A stretch of 64,000 nucleotides of DNA, taken from NCBI GenBank assembly GCA_963783385.1, contig CAWANJ010000006.1, forward strand, positions 32,001 to 96,000, in the 5' to 3' direction. How positions within the stretch are numbered: the first letter of the stretch is position 1; every line of letters starts with the position of its first letter. Source of the DNA: an uncultured Gemmatimonadales bacterium. Its GTDB lineage: Bacteria > Gemmatimonadota > Gemmatimonadetes > Palauibacterales > Palauibacteraceae. Made by a program: the position numbers and the translations under genes. The notes beneath the pieces were generated by a model. The model made no database searches. It saw only the letters and a program-made list of their open reading frames with translations, and was not told the origin of the DNA. This document shows positions 1-9,621 of the stretch, piece by piece.

Positions 1-223
1 GGATGAAGAGCATGACCTCGAAATCCACGTGGATGTGCGCGTAGGCGACCGCCCCGGGCGGCACGGTGGCGACATTCATGGACAGCTGCCGGGCGCCGAC
101 GTTCTTCGCCGACAGCCCGGTCCGGTAGCGGATCCCGTTCCAGCCGCGGTGGATCTCGGGGCTCCGGATGCACAGGATGCCGCCGCCGTCCTCGACGTGG
201 CGGCTCAGGTCCTCGTGGTCCAT
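1..223 (-). CDS. cupin domain protein (5' part; runs off window start)
   Basis: Manual translation of the - strand from ATG 223: MDHEDLSRHVEDGGGILCIRSPEIHRGWNGIRYRTGLSAKNVGARQLSMNVATVPPGAVAYAHIHVDFEVMLFI. It has the cupin PG-x5-HxH-x3-E motif. Not in the ORF track because it is truncated. Confidence 0.8.
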   Translation of the reverse strand, partial: MDHEDLSRHVEDGGGILCIRSPEIHRGWNGIRYRTGLSAKNVGARQLSMNVATVPPGAVAYAHIHVDFEVMLFI

Positions 224-383
224 GGGATCTCCAGCGCTGATGCGTCCGGGCCGCGCCGGCGCGGGGATGCGGCGAACCGCCGGAACCCACGCGCCGGGAA
301 TCTCCGTTTCATGTTCGGGAACCCGGAGACGTTCCGCCATGGCGGGCGAGCTCGGCACTACGTCCCGACGCGGGAGGTGTGAG

Positions 384-1052
384 GTGGACTGCTCCGATCC
401 GCGGCAGACCCGTCGGAGGGCGGTCTTGCGCCTCCTCGTCTTCGGCGCCGCCGCGGCGGTGGGAGCCGGGACGCTCTCGGGCGCGCAGGCACAAATCCCA
501 TGGAGCGTCTCGCTGGGGGTGGGTTACGCTGCGCCCCTGCACGGCTTCGGCGACGCCGGCGGATCCTACGCGCTCACGCTCGATCTCTTCCGCCGCGTCC
601 GTCCCTCCCTGCAGGTGGGGCTCGAGGGCGGCTACCACCGGCTCGGGACCCACACGACGGACATCCCGGACTTCTCGGGGCCCGGGAGCTCGCTCGTCGA
701 GCGACTGTCGTGGGAGATGTTCACGGCCGACGCCCTCCTCCGGGCGGGACCCGCGAGCGGGCGCTTCCGGCCGTACGTCGTGGGCGGAGGAGGGGTGGGC
801 GTGGCCCGCTCCCGGGATCGCATCCACGCGGTGGACGCCTCGGGTGCCCCCCTCCCGATGTACGCGTTCGACGCGACGACCTCCTCGACGCACGCCACGG
901 CCACGGTCGGCGCCGGAGCCGACCTTCCCGACGCGTTCGGGCACCTCGACGCGGGGCTCGAGCTACGCTGGTACGGTCTCCTGTCCGTGTCGGCCGAGAG
1001 CGCGGGCCTGGCGCAGTACGGCGTCGCCTCGCTGAGGCTGAGCCTCCCCTAG
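384..1052 (+). CDS. outer-membrane beta-barrel protein (OmpA/OMP_b-brl-like)
   Basis: Signal peptide ending AQA-Q, alternating beta-strand pattern, 'FRPYVVGGGGVG' and a terminal strand. GTG 384 follows GGAGG/GAGG. Confidence 0.7.
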   Translation: MDCSDPRQTRRRAVLRLLVFGAAAAVGAGTLSGAQAQIPWSVSLGVGYAAPLHGFGDAGGSYALTLDLFRRVRPSLQVGLEGGYHRLGTHTTDIPDFSGPGSSLVERLSWEMFTADALLRAGPASGRFRPYVVGGGGVGVARSRDRIHAVDASGAPLPMYAFDATTSSTHATATVGAGADLPDAFGHLDAGLELRWYGLLSVSAESAGLAQYGVASLRLSLP

Positions 1053-1066
1053 ACCGGGAACACACC

Positions 1067-1120
1067 ATGGACTTCGACCTCGAGCGAGGCATAGCCGTCC
1101 TCCGCCGCACCCCCGGGGGC
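1067..1120 (+). pseudogene. N-terminal remnant of a DinB-family gene
   Basis: ATG 1067 gives MDFDLERGIAVLRRTPG, a typical DinB_2 N-terminus (MxFDLExxIAVLxRTP), and then degenerates into GC-rich non-coding sequence. Confidence 0.5.
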
Positions 1121-1236
1121 CGCGGCGCCGGGGCCGCGGCTCGGCGGATTTCACGGGCGCCGCGCTCGAGGCGTCCACGGAACGACGGCGGCGAACGAAC
1201 ACACCCATTCCCCGCGAGAGCCACGAGGAGCGCAAC

Positions 1237-1779
1237 ATGTCCGTGTTCAGCAATCCGGCCTCCGCGACCGCCGAGGAGACGCAGGCCTACATCGACGCCA
1301 TCCTCGACCTCCTGGGCGACCGCGACCCGGTCGACGCCCTGGCGTCGACGCCGCCGGCTCTCCGGCGGGTGTTGAGCGAGGTCCCGGCCGACAGCCTCGT
1401 CGTGCCCGAGGCGGCGGGGAAGTGGTCGATCCGGGACGTGCTCCGGCACCTGGCGGACTCGGAGATCGCGTGGAGCTGGCGCCTTCGGATGACGCTGGCG
1501 CAGGACCGGCCGCGCCTCACCGGCTGGGATCAGGACGCGTGGGCCGACGCCCTCCTCTACGCCACCGCGGACGCCGGGGAAGCGCTCGCCACGTTCGAGG
1601 GTCTTCGGCGAGAGAACGTCCGCCTCCTGCGCGGCGTCCCGGACGAGGCGCTCGACCGCGCGGCGGCGCACGAGGAGCGAGGTGAGGAGAGCGTCCGGTT
1701 CATGACGAAGCTGTACGCCGGACACGACCTCCTGCATCTTCGGCAAATCGACCGCATCCGCGGGTCGATCGGCACCTGA
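1237..1779 (+). CDS. DinB family protein
   Basis: GKWSIRDVLRHLADSE, DQDAWA and AGHDLLHLRQI motifs; RBS GAGGAG. Confidence 0.9.
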   Translation: MSVFSNPASATAEETQAYIDAILDLLGDRDPVDALASTPPALRRVLSEVPADSLVVPEAAGKWSIRDVLRHLADSEIAWSWRLRMTLAQDRPRLTGWDQDAWADALLYATADAGEALATFEGLRRENVRLLRGVPDEALDRAAAHEERGEESVRFMTKLYAGHDLLHLRQIDRIRGSIGT

Positions 1780-1814
1780 CGGGCGGCGGAAGGACTCTCG
1801 GGGAGGACGGGCCG

Positions 1815-2351
1815 CTGACGGAGAGCCAGACGCTCGGCGACGGGAGCGCCGGAGCCGGCGGCACGGAGCCGTGCCCGGGCTGCGGAGCCCTCGTCCCGGG
1901 GGGCGACGGACCCACCCACCGCTACCTGGGCGCCTCCCCGGGCTGCTGGGCGGCGTTCGGCCGGGTGCTGGCCCGCGAGTACTCGGACCCGGCGTTCATG
2001 GCCGTGCACGGCCTCACGGTGGACGCCTACGCCGTCCAGCATCCCGGCTCGCCGTCGCCCCAGACCATCCACTCGGCGGGCGTGCACCTGGTGGCCCTGC
2101 ACCTGGTGCTGGAGGGCGGACGGGGCGTGATGGAGGCCGCCCGCTTCCGGCAGCGAGCCGTGGAGCGGATCCGGGACCGGTTCACGTGGCTCGAGCCGCC
2201 GCCCTCGCTCGGCGCGCTCACCGTGCTGGACGTGGAGGGCGCGGCCGACGCCGCCGAGCACGAGGCCCGCGTCCACGTCTGGGCCCGGGCGGTGTGGGAG
2301 GCATGGAGCCCACACCACGCGACCGTGCGGGCGTGGGCGGCGCGGCTCTGA
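1815..2351 (+). CDS. DUF5946-like protein (N-terminal CxxC); probable CTG start
   Basis: The frame of ORF 1965-2351 stays open upstream through CPGCGALVPGGDGPTHRYLGASPGCWAAFGRVLAREY; also HGLTVDAYAVQHPG. GGAGGA lies before CTG 1815. Confidence 0.75.
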   Translation: MTESQTLGDGSAGAGGTEPCPGCGALVPGGDGPTHRYLGASPGCWAAFGRVLAREYSDPAFMAVHGLTVDAYAVQHPGSPSPQTIHSAGVHLVALHLVLEGGRGVMEAARFRQRAVERIRDRFTWLEPPPSLGALTVLDVEGAADAAEHEARVHVWARAVWEAWSPHHATVRAWAARL

Positions 2352-2463
2352 CGCACTGGCAGCGGGGTGGCCGCGACGGGGGTCCTCGTCGTAACCTCCT
2401 CGGGTTCGCCGCCGACTCGGAACCTCCCGCTCACCGTCCAGCGCCTCGCGAAAGGACCCGCCC

Positions 2464-3432
2464 GTGTCCGACGCCGCTCCCTCCATGGAAGCGAACCGGG
2501 CCGACCGCTCCACCTGGATCTGGGGGCGCCGCCTGCGCTGGTTCGGGGCCGAGTTCCTGGTCGTCGCGAGCGGCGTGCTGGTCGCGATCGCGCTGAACGC
2601 CTGGTACCAGGGCCGCCGGGACGCGGCCACCGAGGCGACCTACCTGGCGCTCCTGTCCCGGGACGTCGAGCACACCATGGCCGACCTCCGGGAGGCCGCC
2701 GCGTGGGAGCGGTCGCAGGAGCTGAACGGCCTCGTGGCCTATCGGGCCTTCAGCTCGAGACGCGCCGGGCCCGAGCCCGACTCGGTTCGCGTGGCGCTCA
2801 CGAACCTTCTCGTCCGGCGCACGGCCACGCTGTCCAAGGCGACCTACGAGGACCTGCTCAGCACCGGGAGCCTGGGTCTGATCGGGAACCGGGCCCTGCG
2901 TGACCGCATCGTCCGCTTCTACGACGCGTCGACGACCCTGACCGACATCCTCAACCGGAACAACACGGCCTTCGTGGATGGACTCTACAACCGGACCCTG
3001 CTGGCGAGCGGGCTCATCCTGCCGAAGGTGCTGCCCGGCTCGCTCGGCGGCCGGGGCCTGAGCCTCTCCGACTCCCTCCTCGTCGCGGGGCTCCGGGGAG
3101 GCTACGACGACGAGCCCGATCCCCTGTGGAGCCTGCCCCGAGAGGACCCGGCGTGGGCCCGGGCCCGCTCCGTCCTCCTGACGCGCATGACGACGGCGTC
3201 GGTATCGCGCCAGTCCGACGAGTCCATGCTCGAGCAGGCCCGCGCCCTGAAGCGGGCGCTGGACGCGGAGCGGCGTGCGGCTCGGAGCGCTCCCCCCGGA
3301 CTCCACGACACCGGCACCCGACGATCGCGATCGACCTGGAGAGCGTGTGGATCGTCAACGATGACCGGGTGCTGGCCTCGGTCCGGAGGTTGGTGGTCGC
3401 GGCGGACGGGTTCGATTACCGCCTGGAGATGA
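2464..3432 (+). CDS. DUF6090-like single-TM protein (C-terminal ~45 aa probably run-on)
   Basis: RWFGAEFLVVASGVLVAIALNAW, YLALLSRDV and TYEDLLSTGSLGLIGNRALRDRIVRFY motifs. Confidence 0.7.
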   Translation: MSDAAPSMEANRADRSTWIWGRRLRWFGAEFLVVASGVLVAIALNAWYQGRRDAATEATYLALLSRDVEHTMADLREAAAWERSQELNGLVAYRAFSSRRAGPEPDSVRVALTNLLVRRTATLSKATYEDLLSTGSLGLIGNRALRDRIVRFYDASTTLTDILNRNNTAFVDGLYNRTLLASGLILPKVLPGSLGGRGLSLSDSLLVAGLRGGYDDEPDPLWSLPREDPAWARARSVLLTRMTTASVSRQSDESMLEQARALKRALDAERRAARSAPPGLHDTGTRRSRSTWRACGSSTMTGCWPRSGGWWSRRTGSITAWR

Positions 3433-3582
3433 GCCTGCGCACGCATCCGGCGGCGCGGCTTCACATGGCCGAGGCGAGCGCCGCCGCGAGAGGCGGTCTG
3501 TCAGCGAAGTGCTGGAACGGCGATCTTGTAGCCGTCGCCGGGACACGAATCGACCGGCGCCGTCCGCTCACGGGAGCCGACT

Positions 3583-3930
3583 ATGTGTGAAGCCATTCGA
3601 CAATTCGACCAGGACGAGTACGCTCGGGTCCTGGACAGCCACAGAGCCCGCGCCTGCGGGCTGAGTCAGGGCGCTTGCGAGGCCATTCTCGTGGAGCACG
3701 GCGCGGACGACCAGCAGGCCAAGAACGGCGCGTACAACTATCTGCACCTCGGTCCGCACCACACCTCGACCCGCCGCGGCTCCCAGTCGGAGTACGACCG
3801 CCTCCTGCACGCGTTCGGGGCCCGCGACAAGAGTCCGAGGGACTGCGTCGAGTACCTCGAGAGCCTGGGGTTCGGCTACGGCCAGTGCAAGACGGCCGTG
3901 TACAACTTCCGAGAGGAGCTCGGGCTCTGA
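3583..3930 (+). CDS. hypothetical protein with two tandem ~45-aa repeats
   Basis: Protein-like composition, GGGAG RBS and visible internal duplication (see findings). Confidence 0.75.
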   Translation: MCEAIRQFDQDEYARVLDSHRARACGLSQGACEAILVEHGADDQQAKNGAYNYLHLGPHHTSTRRGSQSEYDRLLHAFGARDKSPRDCVEYLESLGFGYGQCKTAVYNFREELGL

Positions 3931-3939
3931 GGGAGGAGG

Positions 3940-4542
3940 AGTGAGGTCGCCGGCCCCCCGCCCGAACGGACGGAGGACCGCCTGAGCCTGTGGCGCGAGC
4001 TCCTGGTCACGACCGCCGGCGTCCTGCTCGGCGGCCTCGGCGCCCTGGCGCTGGCCCGCTGGCAGCTCCGGCACCAGTCGGCCGCGGAGCGTCGGCGCAC
4101 GCGGGAGCACCTGGCCTCGAGCGTCGAGTGGCTCCGGCTGGAGCTCCGGGAGAACGAGGAGCTGGTGACCGAGCTCCGGCGCGTGTTCACCAGGGGCTCG
4201 ACGCCGCGGGCGGATCTGCTCCGCTGGGCCGGAAGCATCGCCGAGGCGCTGGCCTTCGACGCGCAGGCCGACCTGATCCGCTCCGGCTACCACCGCCAGC
4301 TCTCTCCCGAGCTGGAACGGGCGATCCTCACGACCCTCCAGACGACGACGGCGCTCCGGAACAGGCTCCGGCAGGCGGATCCGGCCGTGGATTTCTACGT
4401 GAACTGCTGCGGCGAGGAAGAGGCCGCGCATCGGCTGGTCGAAGAGCTGCGCGAGGAGACGGACGCCGCGGTCGTGGAGCTGGCGGCCACGCGGCGACGC
4501 CTGGATGGGGCCGGACACGAGCTCGGGATCGAGACCCGATGA
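3940..4542 (+). CDS. hypothetical single-TM protein (start codon unclear)
   Basis: The frame of ORF 4165-4542 is open upstream through LWRELLVTTAGVLLGGLGALALARW. A strong GGAGGAGG RBS precedes GTG 3941, which is one base out of frame. Confidence 0.6.
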   Translation, partial: SEVAGPPPERTEDRLSLWRELLVTTAGVLLGGLGALALARWQLRHQSAAERRRTREHLASSVEWLRLELRENEELVTELRRVFTRGSTPRADLLRWAGSIAEALAFDAQADLIRSGYHRQLSPELERAILTTLQTTTALRNRLRQADPAVDFYVNCCGEEEAAHRLVEELREETDAAVVELAATRRRLDGAGHELGIETR

Positions 4543-4561
4543 ACAACCGGACCCGCCACGG

Positions 4562-4912
4562 ATGACCGCACTCGAGAGCATCAACCTGGCCCTGCGCGCC
4601 CTCATGGAGGCGGGGATCGTGCTCGGCCTGGGCTACTGGGGATGGCACGAGGGCCGCTCGACCTTCACGCGAGTGCTCCTAGCCCTGGCCGTGCCGACGG
4701 CGGGCTTCGGGTTCTGGGGGGCGGTGGACTTCCGGGGCGCGGGGAGGGCCGCCGAGGGCCTGCGGCTCGCGCAGGAGCTGGCCGTCTCCGGCCTGGCGGC
4801 CGTGGCCCTGTACGTGGCCGGGGCGCGCGCGCTCGGCTGGGCGCTGGGCGCCGTGTCGGTGGTCCACCACGCGCTGGTGTACCTGACGGGGGGCAGACTC
4901 CTGAAGGACTGA
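4562..4912 (+). CDS. YrdB/DUF2568 family membrane protein
   Basis: NLALRALMEAGIVLGLGYWG motif; 4 TM segments. Confidence 0.8.
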   Translation: MTALESINLALRALMEAGIVLGLGYWGWHEGRSTFTRVLLALAVPTAGFGFWGAVDFRGAGRAAEGLRLAQELAVSGLAAVALYVAGARALGWALGAVSVVHHALVYLTGGRLLKD

Positions 4913-4930
4913 GCCGCGCGGCGGGTGCGG

Positions 4931-5873
4931 TTACGCCGACGCCGCGTCCTCCGCGCGAATCCGCAGCGCCGTCCCCCACGGATCCCGGACGAGCCCGCCG
5001 TCCGCGGAACGCTCGGCGGCGTGCCCGGCCGTCTCGAGGCTGGCCAGCGCTCCCTCCGCGGCGTCGGCCGACGGGACCCGGAGCTCCCACTCGAGGAGCT
5101 GTGCCTCGTCTTCGGGCGGAGGCGCGGCCAGGGCCGCCCAGCTGTTGAGCCCCAGGTGGTGGTGGTAGCCGCCCGCCGACAGGAAGAGGGCTCCCGGATA
5201 ACTCCAGACCGTCTGGTCCAGCCCCAGCGCCTCGTGGTAGAACGCCGCGGCCCGGCCCATCTCCCCGACGTGCAGGTGGACGTGGCCCATCCGGGTGCCC
5301 GCGGGCGCGCCGTTCCACGCCTCGGTCCGCCGCCGCCCGCGCCAGGCCCGCCAGGTCCAGGGGCTCGGTGGCCATGAGGAGCTGACGGTCCCGCCAGCGC
5401 CATTCCGACCGCGGCCGGTCCGCGTACACCTCGATCCCGAGGCCGTCCGGATCCCGCAGGTAGAGGGCCTCGCTCACCAGGTGGTCGGCCGAGCCCGCGC
5501 GCTCGCGGAGCTCGGCCAGGTGCCCCAGGAAGCGACCCAGGGCGGCGCGGTCGGGGAGAAGGAGGGCGAAGTGGTAGAGCCCGGGCCGGCCCCGGGGCGG
5601 GGACGGCGTCGCACCACGCCGCTCCTGGAGCTCCACCAGGGGCGAAGGGGCGCCGGAGGCCTCCGCGCCCAGGGAGGCGCCCTCCCCCGAGCGCCCGAGC
5701 ACCCTCAGCCCGAGGACGCGCTCATAGTAGTCCACGGAGCGCTCCAGGTCCGAGACCCGGAGCCGCACGCGGCCCGGCCGCGTGCCGGGCGGCAGGCGAC
5801 AGCCGGGAGGGGGCACCCCATAGGGGAGGGCCCCGGGAGCTCCGGGACGGGCGTCGCCCATCCCGCTCGTCAC
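4931..5873 (-). CDS. two-domain VOC/glyoxalase protein (CatE-like), frameshift ~5330
   Basis: LRVSDLERSVDYYERVLG, GLYHFALLLP and DHLVSEALYLRDPDGLGIEVYAD in one frame; MGHVHLHVG and FLSAGGYHHHLGLNSW in a second frame. Confidence 0.85.
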
Positions 5874-5945
5874 GAGGACGGGCGGGCGCCGGACTCCCGA
5901 TCGCGGAGGCCCGGCGCTCCGTGCCGTGGGGTCATGCCGCCCGGG

Positions 5946-6734
5946 TCACGTCCCGGCGAAGCCGGAGAACACGAAGTGGTACGCCTGCGCGTTCGCGTCC
6001 CATTCGGCCCGGAAGGACGTCGGATGCCGTCCGGTCATGCCGGGGACGTCCGGAATCGGGTAGGAGAAGGACTGCTTCTTCATGAGCAGCTCCTTCGTGA
6101 GCATTGGCTCCATGAAGATCGGCTTGCCGGCGAAGTAGCCGACGATCATGTCGCCCGTGAACAGATGGTCGCTCTCCAGCTCCGCGGTCGGCACGGCGTG
6201 CATGCCCATCTGGGGCACACACAGCCCGACCAGCGTGTCGACGCCCACCACCTTGGCCATCTCCGGGGGCAGCGCGATGTCCGGCAGGGTGTATCCCTCC
6301 GGAAGGGAGGCCGGCTTGCTCAGGTCCTTGCAGTCGATCGCCGCGATCGCCGCCGGCGGCTCCAGGTAGAAATGGAAGTCGAAGTGCGGCGTCAGGTAGG
6401 GCCCCGGCGGATGACCGTGCGCCTCCCAGTACATGGTGAGCTCGTGGATCCCGCTCTTCCCCTGCACCGAGGCTGGCGTGGCGAGCCTGGCGAGCGCGAC
6501 GGGAGGCCATGCTTCGGGCATCTCGGCGGGCGCGCCCTGGATGCTGGCCAGCGGGATGGTGGCCTGGACGTCGATCACGCTGTCCCCCTGGACGTGGGCC
6601 AGCGTGCACACCTGGGCGCCGTACACGTCCGCGCACGCCCCCTTCACCTCGGTGACCTGCGGCTTGCCGGCGCACGCGCCCAGCAGCGCCGCGCCCAGCA
6701 CGACTATGTGACTTCGGGTGATACGACGGTGCAT
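5946..6734 (-). CDS. lipoprotein, DUF5602/TTHB210-like His-rich domain
   Basis: Lipobox LLGAC; HGHPPGPYLTPHFDFHFY, VPQMGMH and IFMEPMLT motifs. Confidence 0.7.
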   Translation of the reverse strand: MHRRITRSHIVVLGAALLGACAGKPQVTEVKGACADVYGAQVCTLAHVQGDSVIDVQATIPLASIQGAPAEMPEAWPPVALARLATPASVQGKSGIHELTMYWEAHGHPPGPYLTPHFDFHFYLEPPAAIAAIDCKDLSKPASLPEGYTLPDIALPPEMAKVVGVDTLVGLCVPQMGMHAVPTAELESDHLFTGDMIVGYFAGKPIFMEPMLTKELLMKKQSFSYPIPDVPGMTGRHPTSFRAEWDANAQAYHFVFSGFAGT

Positions 6735-6956
6735 GACCGCCCCTCCCTGTGTGGAAAGGTCCTGGAACTCGCGTTCACATCCTTTTATGCGGGGCAGTCG
6801 TCAGTCGACGACGTGGCAAGACAGCGGATGTAGCGTGATGATTCGACTTGCACAAGACTCCGGTGGGGAACCATTCGACGACCTCGCTGGTTCGTCGTGC
6901 GCCCCTCTGTTCGAACGAAGACATCGGGAGAAGTGGCCCACCATGAGGAACCCAAC

Positions 6957-7382
6957 ATGAAGCGGCCGGCATCCGAGGGCAGATCCCGCCGGCGGCGCGG
7001 CGTGGGCCGGATCCTCAGTGGAATCGGCGTCGCGGTCGCCGCAGCGGGAGTCTGGATGATCGGCGCTTACGTGGCGCGTGCCGTGAGCGTGCTGGGCTCG
7101 TCGGACCGATCGTGGCTGTTCTGGGGGCTCGCCATCCTGTTCGCGGGTTTCCTGTCCGCCGGGATCGGGGTCACCCTCTTCCTCCTCGGACGCCGTGATC
7201 ACCCGGTCGGCGGTGCCGGGACCGCCGGCCTGACGCTCGGCCGCGCCGCCTGGATCCAGCCCGCCAGCACCAGGAGGGCGGCGACGACGCCGGCCCCCAG
7301 ACACAGCCAGATCACGAGCGCGGCTTCGGGGAAGCGCGTGCGCCACAGGAGCCCGAGCCCCGCCAGCGCCCCGAGCGCGTAG
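6957..7382 (+). CDS. small two-TM membrane protein (3' end uncertain, overlaps DoxX)
   Basis: GAGGA RBS before ATG 6957; two hydrophobic helices. The tail after ~7200 looks like antisense run-on. Confidence 0.5.
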   Translation: MKRPASEGRSRRRRGVGRILSGIGVAVAAAGVWMIGAYVARAVSVLGSSDRSWLFWGLAILFAGFLSAGIGVTLFLLGRRDHPVGGAGTAGLTLGRAAWIQPASTRRAATTPAPRHSQITSAASGKRVRHRSPSPASAPSA

Positions 7383-7870
7383 CCCGCCCGCTCGACCGTT
7401 GGCAGGGGCGGGTACGGGGGGACGGCGGGCCGTACCGCGGGCTCGAACAGGATCGGCTTCAGCCGGTCCCAGTCCCAGCACAGGAGGAAGGTGACCGCGA
7501 GCAGCATGGGCCCCGTTACGAACGGGGTCCCGCGGAAGCCCACCGCCACCGTGATCACGAAGATGTTGAGCACGATCGGGAAGGCCGCGACCGCTCCGAG
7601 CAGAGAGGCGGCCGGGATGAGCAGCAGGATGCCCGCCGTCACCTGCCCCGCCCCCAGGAAGTTCCAGTACCAGCCCGCCCTGTACAGGGCGTCGAAGAAG
7701 CCCCCGACCGGCGTGTCCACGCCGAGCGCCGTGAAGCGGTGCCCGAGGAGCTTGACGGTGCCGGCGGGGATGAAGGCGAGCGCGAGCAGGATGCGAGAGA
7801 CGATGGCCAGCCGGCGCAGGGCCGGAACGCGCCGCGCGCGAGCGTGAAGCCGGTCGACGGCGTCTTCCAT
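7199..7870 (-). CDS. DoxX family membrane protein
   Basis: RILLALAFIPAGTVKLLG, YWNFLGAGQV and FPIVLNIFVIT motifs; GGAGAG RBS. Confidence 0.85.
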   Translation of the reverse strand: MEDAVDRLHARARRVPALRRLAIVSRILLALAFIPAGTVKLLGHRFTALGVDTPVGGFFDALYRAGWYWNFLGAGQVTAGILLLIPAASLLGAVAAFPIVLNIFVITVAVGFRGTPFVTGPMLLAVTFLLCWDWDRLKPILFEPAVRPAVPPYPPLPTVERAGYALGALAGLGLLWRTRFPEAALVIWLCLGAGVVAALLVLAGWIQAARPSVRPAVPAPPTG

Positions 7871-8182
7871 ATCGTTCTCCTCCGGGGGGGTGCGTGTCCA
7901 GCCCGTTCGCTGGCCGCGGACCTACCCCGTGACGTACGAGTCGTCGCGCGTAGGGGGTTTCGGCGCCGGACGACTTTCCATATACAGAAGCTGGACGCCG
8001 AACGCCGGGCGGCCTTGGTGGACTCGACCGGATAGAGACTCTCGTCAGGGGAACGCGACGGCGGCGGCGGAGAAACGGCGTCCCGAGGGCAACGTTCGTC
8101 CTCGCCGGCCACCCCGCTACCGAGCGCTTCCGGTTTCCACTCCTTCGTGCGGGATCCCGGACCTCATGACGATATCCCGAAC

Positions 8183-9038
8183 ATGAGATTCCTGCCTATG
8201 CCTGACCTCTACGAGCACTACCTGCGTGTACTGACTCTGATTCGGGAGTTCTTCCGCGAGCGGGACGTCGTGGAGTTCCTGCCGTCGTGCGCCATGCCCC
8301 GGCTCATCACGGAGCCGGAGGAGCAGATGACGGCGCCTTCCTGCAACCTGATCCTCCCCTACTCGCAGACGTTCGCCAAGCCCGTGGCATCCCTCCTCCT
8401 GGGACGCAGCGTGTGGATGGCCGCGCCCTGCTACAGGCAGGACGAGGGCGACGACCACCTCAGGTGGTATTATCAAATTACGGCCGAATTCCTCGATCTA
8501 CGACTGCACGACGTCGTCCCGATCGCGTGCGACCTGGTTCGGAGCGTGAGCCGGGGCGTGGGCAGAGACTTGCCCGATTTCGAGACGGTCGACCTGGCCG
8601 CCGAGTACGACATCGAGACCGACGAGGCCTTCGACGCCTGGTGCGAGGAATGGAAGCGGGACGCCACGCGGCCGCTGGTGGCCCTGAACAAGCCGCACGC
8701 GACGTCCCCCCTACGCCCATCGATCCTACCGCGAGCGGCCCAACCTCGAGGTGGGCTTCGACCTCCTGTTGCCGGGCGTCGGGGAGGTCATGTCCGGAGG
8801 AGAGAGGAACATGGCGTTGATCCGGGAGGCCTACCGTTTCTCGGACGTCGACCTGCCCCGGGCCCATTCGACCAGCATCGGCATGGGGCTGGAGCGCCTG
8901 GTGGCGTACCTCCTGGACCTGTCGGACATCCGGGACGCCGTGCTGCTCCAGAACCGGGTGGCCGACGTCCCGTGGAACGACCTCCTGGCGCAGGACATGT
9001 ACTACGAGCGCATTCCCCTGGAGGGCCACGAGGCCTGA
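8183..9038 (+). CDS. class IIb aaRS catalytic-domain-only paralog (AsnRS/archaeal AsnA-like), frameshift in C-run 8706-8711
   Basis: Motif 1 IREFFRERDVVEF; motif 2 APCYRQDE..DHL; FDLLLPGVGEVMSGGER; motif 3 GMGLERLVAYL. No N-terminal OB-fold. Removing one C joins the two frames. Confidence 0.8.
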
Positions 9039-9207
9039 CGGACGCCCCGTCCCACAGGCGCGGCGTCTCCGGGCCGAAGGCGGCGGGGCGGCGGATCGCA
9101 CAGCCGCCGACACCCGCCAGGCGCCGACCTTGACACCCTCCGGCCTCCCGTCGACCCTTCTATCAGGATCACGCTTCCGTCCGGTGTCGGTCATGGAGGG
9201 ACACGCC

Positions 9208-9621
9208 ATGAAGCGGAGACGACGCACCCCCATCCTGGCCCCACCCTTCCTCCTCGTGGTCTTCGTCGCCCTCGTCCTCGGATGCGCGCGGGCGTCCGAC
9301 CGGGACACGGGCGGGGAGCGAAACCTCGAAGTGGCGCGTGGCTACATCGACGCGATGAATCGGGGGGACGCGAGCGAGCTGGACGCCGACGGCTTCAAGG
9401 CGATGCACGCCATGGTGCTGGCCGCCTTCACAAACCTCACGATCACCGCCGACGACATGATCGCATCGGGGGACGAGGTGGTGACGCGCTGGACCTTGCG
9501 CGGCAAGCAGGAGGGGCCGTTCCAGGGCATCGCACCCACGGGCGAGGAGTGGGAGCAGGCCGACATAATGGGCCTCATGCGGCAGCTGGGGGCCCCGGAA
9601 GGACCGGACGGGGCCACGTGA
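9208..9621 (+). CDS. SnoaL-like ester cyclase with signal/lipobox; internally deleted, possible pseudogene
   Basis: AAFTNLTITADDMIASGDEVVTRWTLRGKQEGPFQGIAPTG then jumps to EEWEQADIMGLMRQLG. Confidence 0.7.
   Translation: MKRRRRTPILAPPFLLVVFVALVLGCARASDRDTGGERNLEVARGYIDAMNRGDASELDADGFKAMHAMVLAAFTNLTITADDMIASGDEVVTRWTLRGKQEGPFQGIAPTGEEWEQADIMGLMRQLGAPEGPDGAT

Noticed and set aside
7990-8180. Glycine-riboswitch or T-box-like leader before the aaRS paralog
   Set aside because: There is only a loose 'gagac...ccgagggcaa' resemblance; no CTCTCAGG core or T-box sequence was found.
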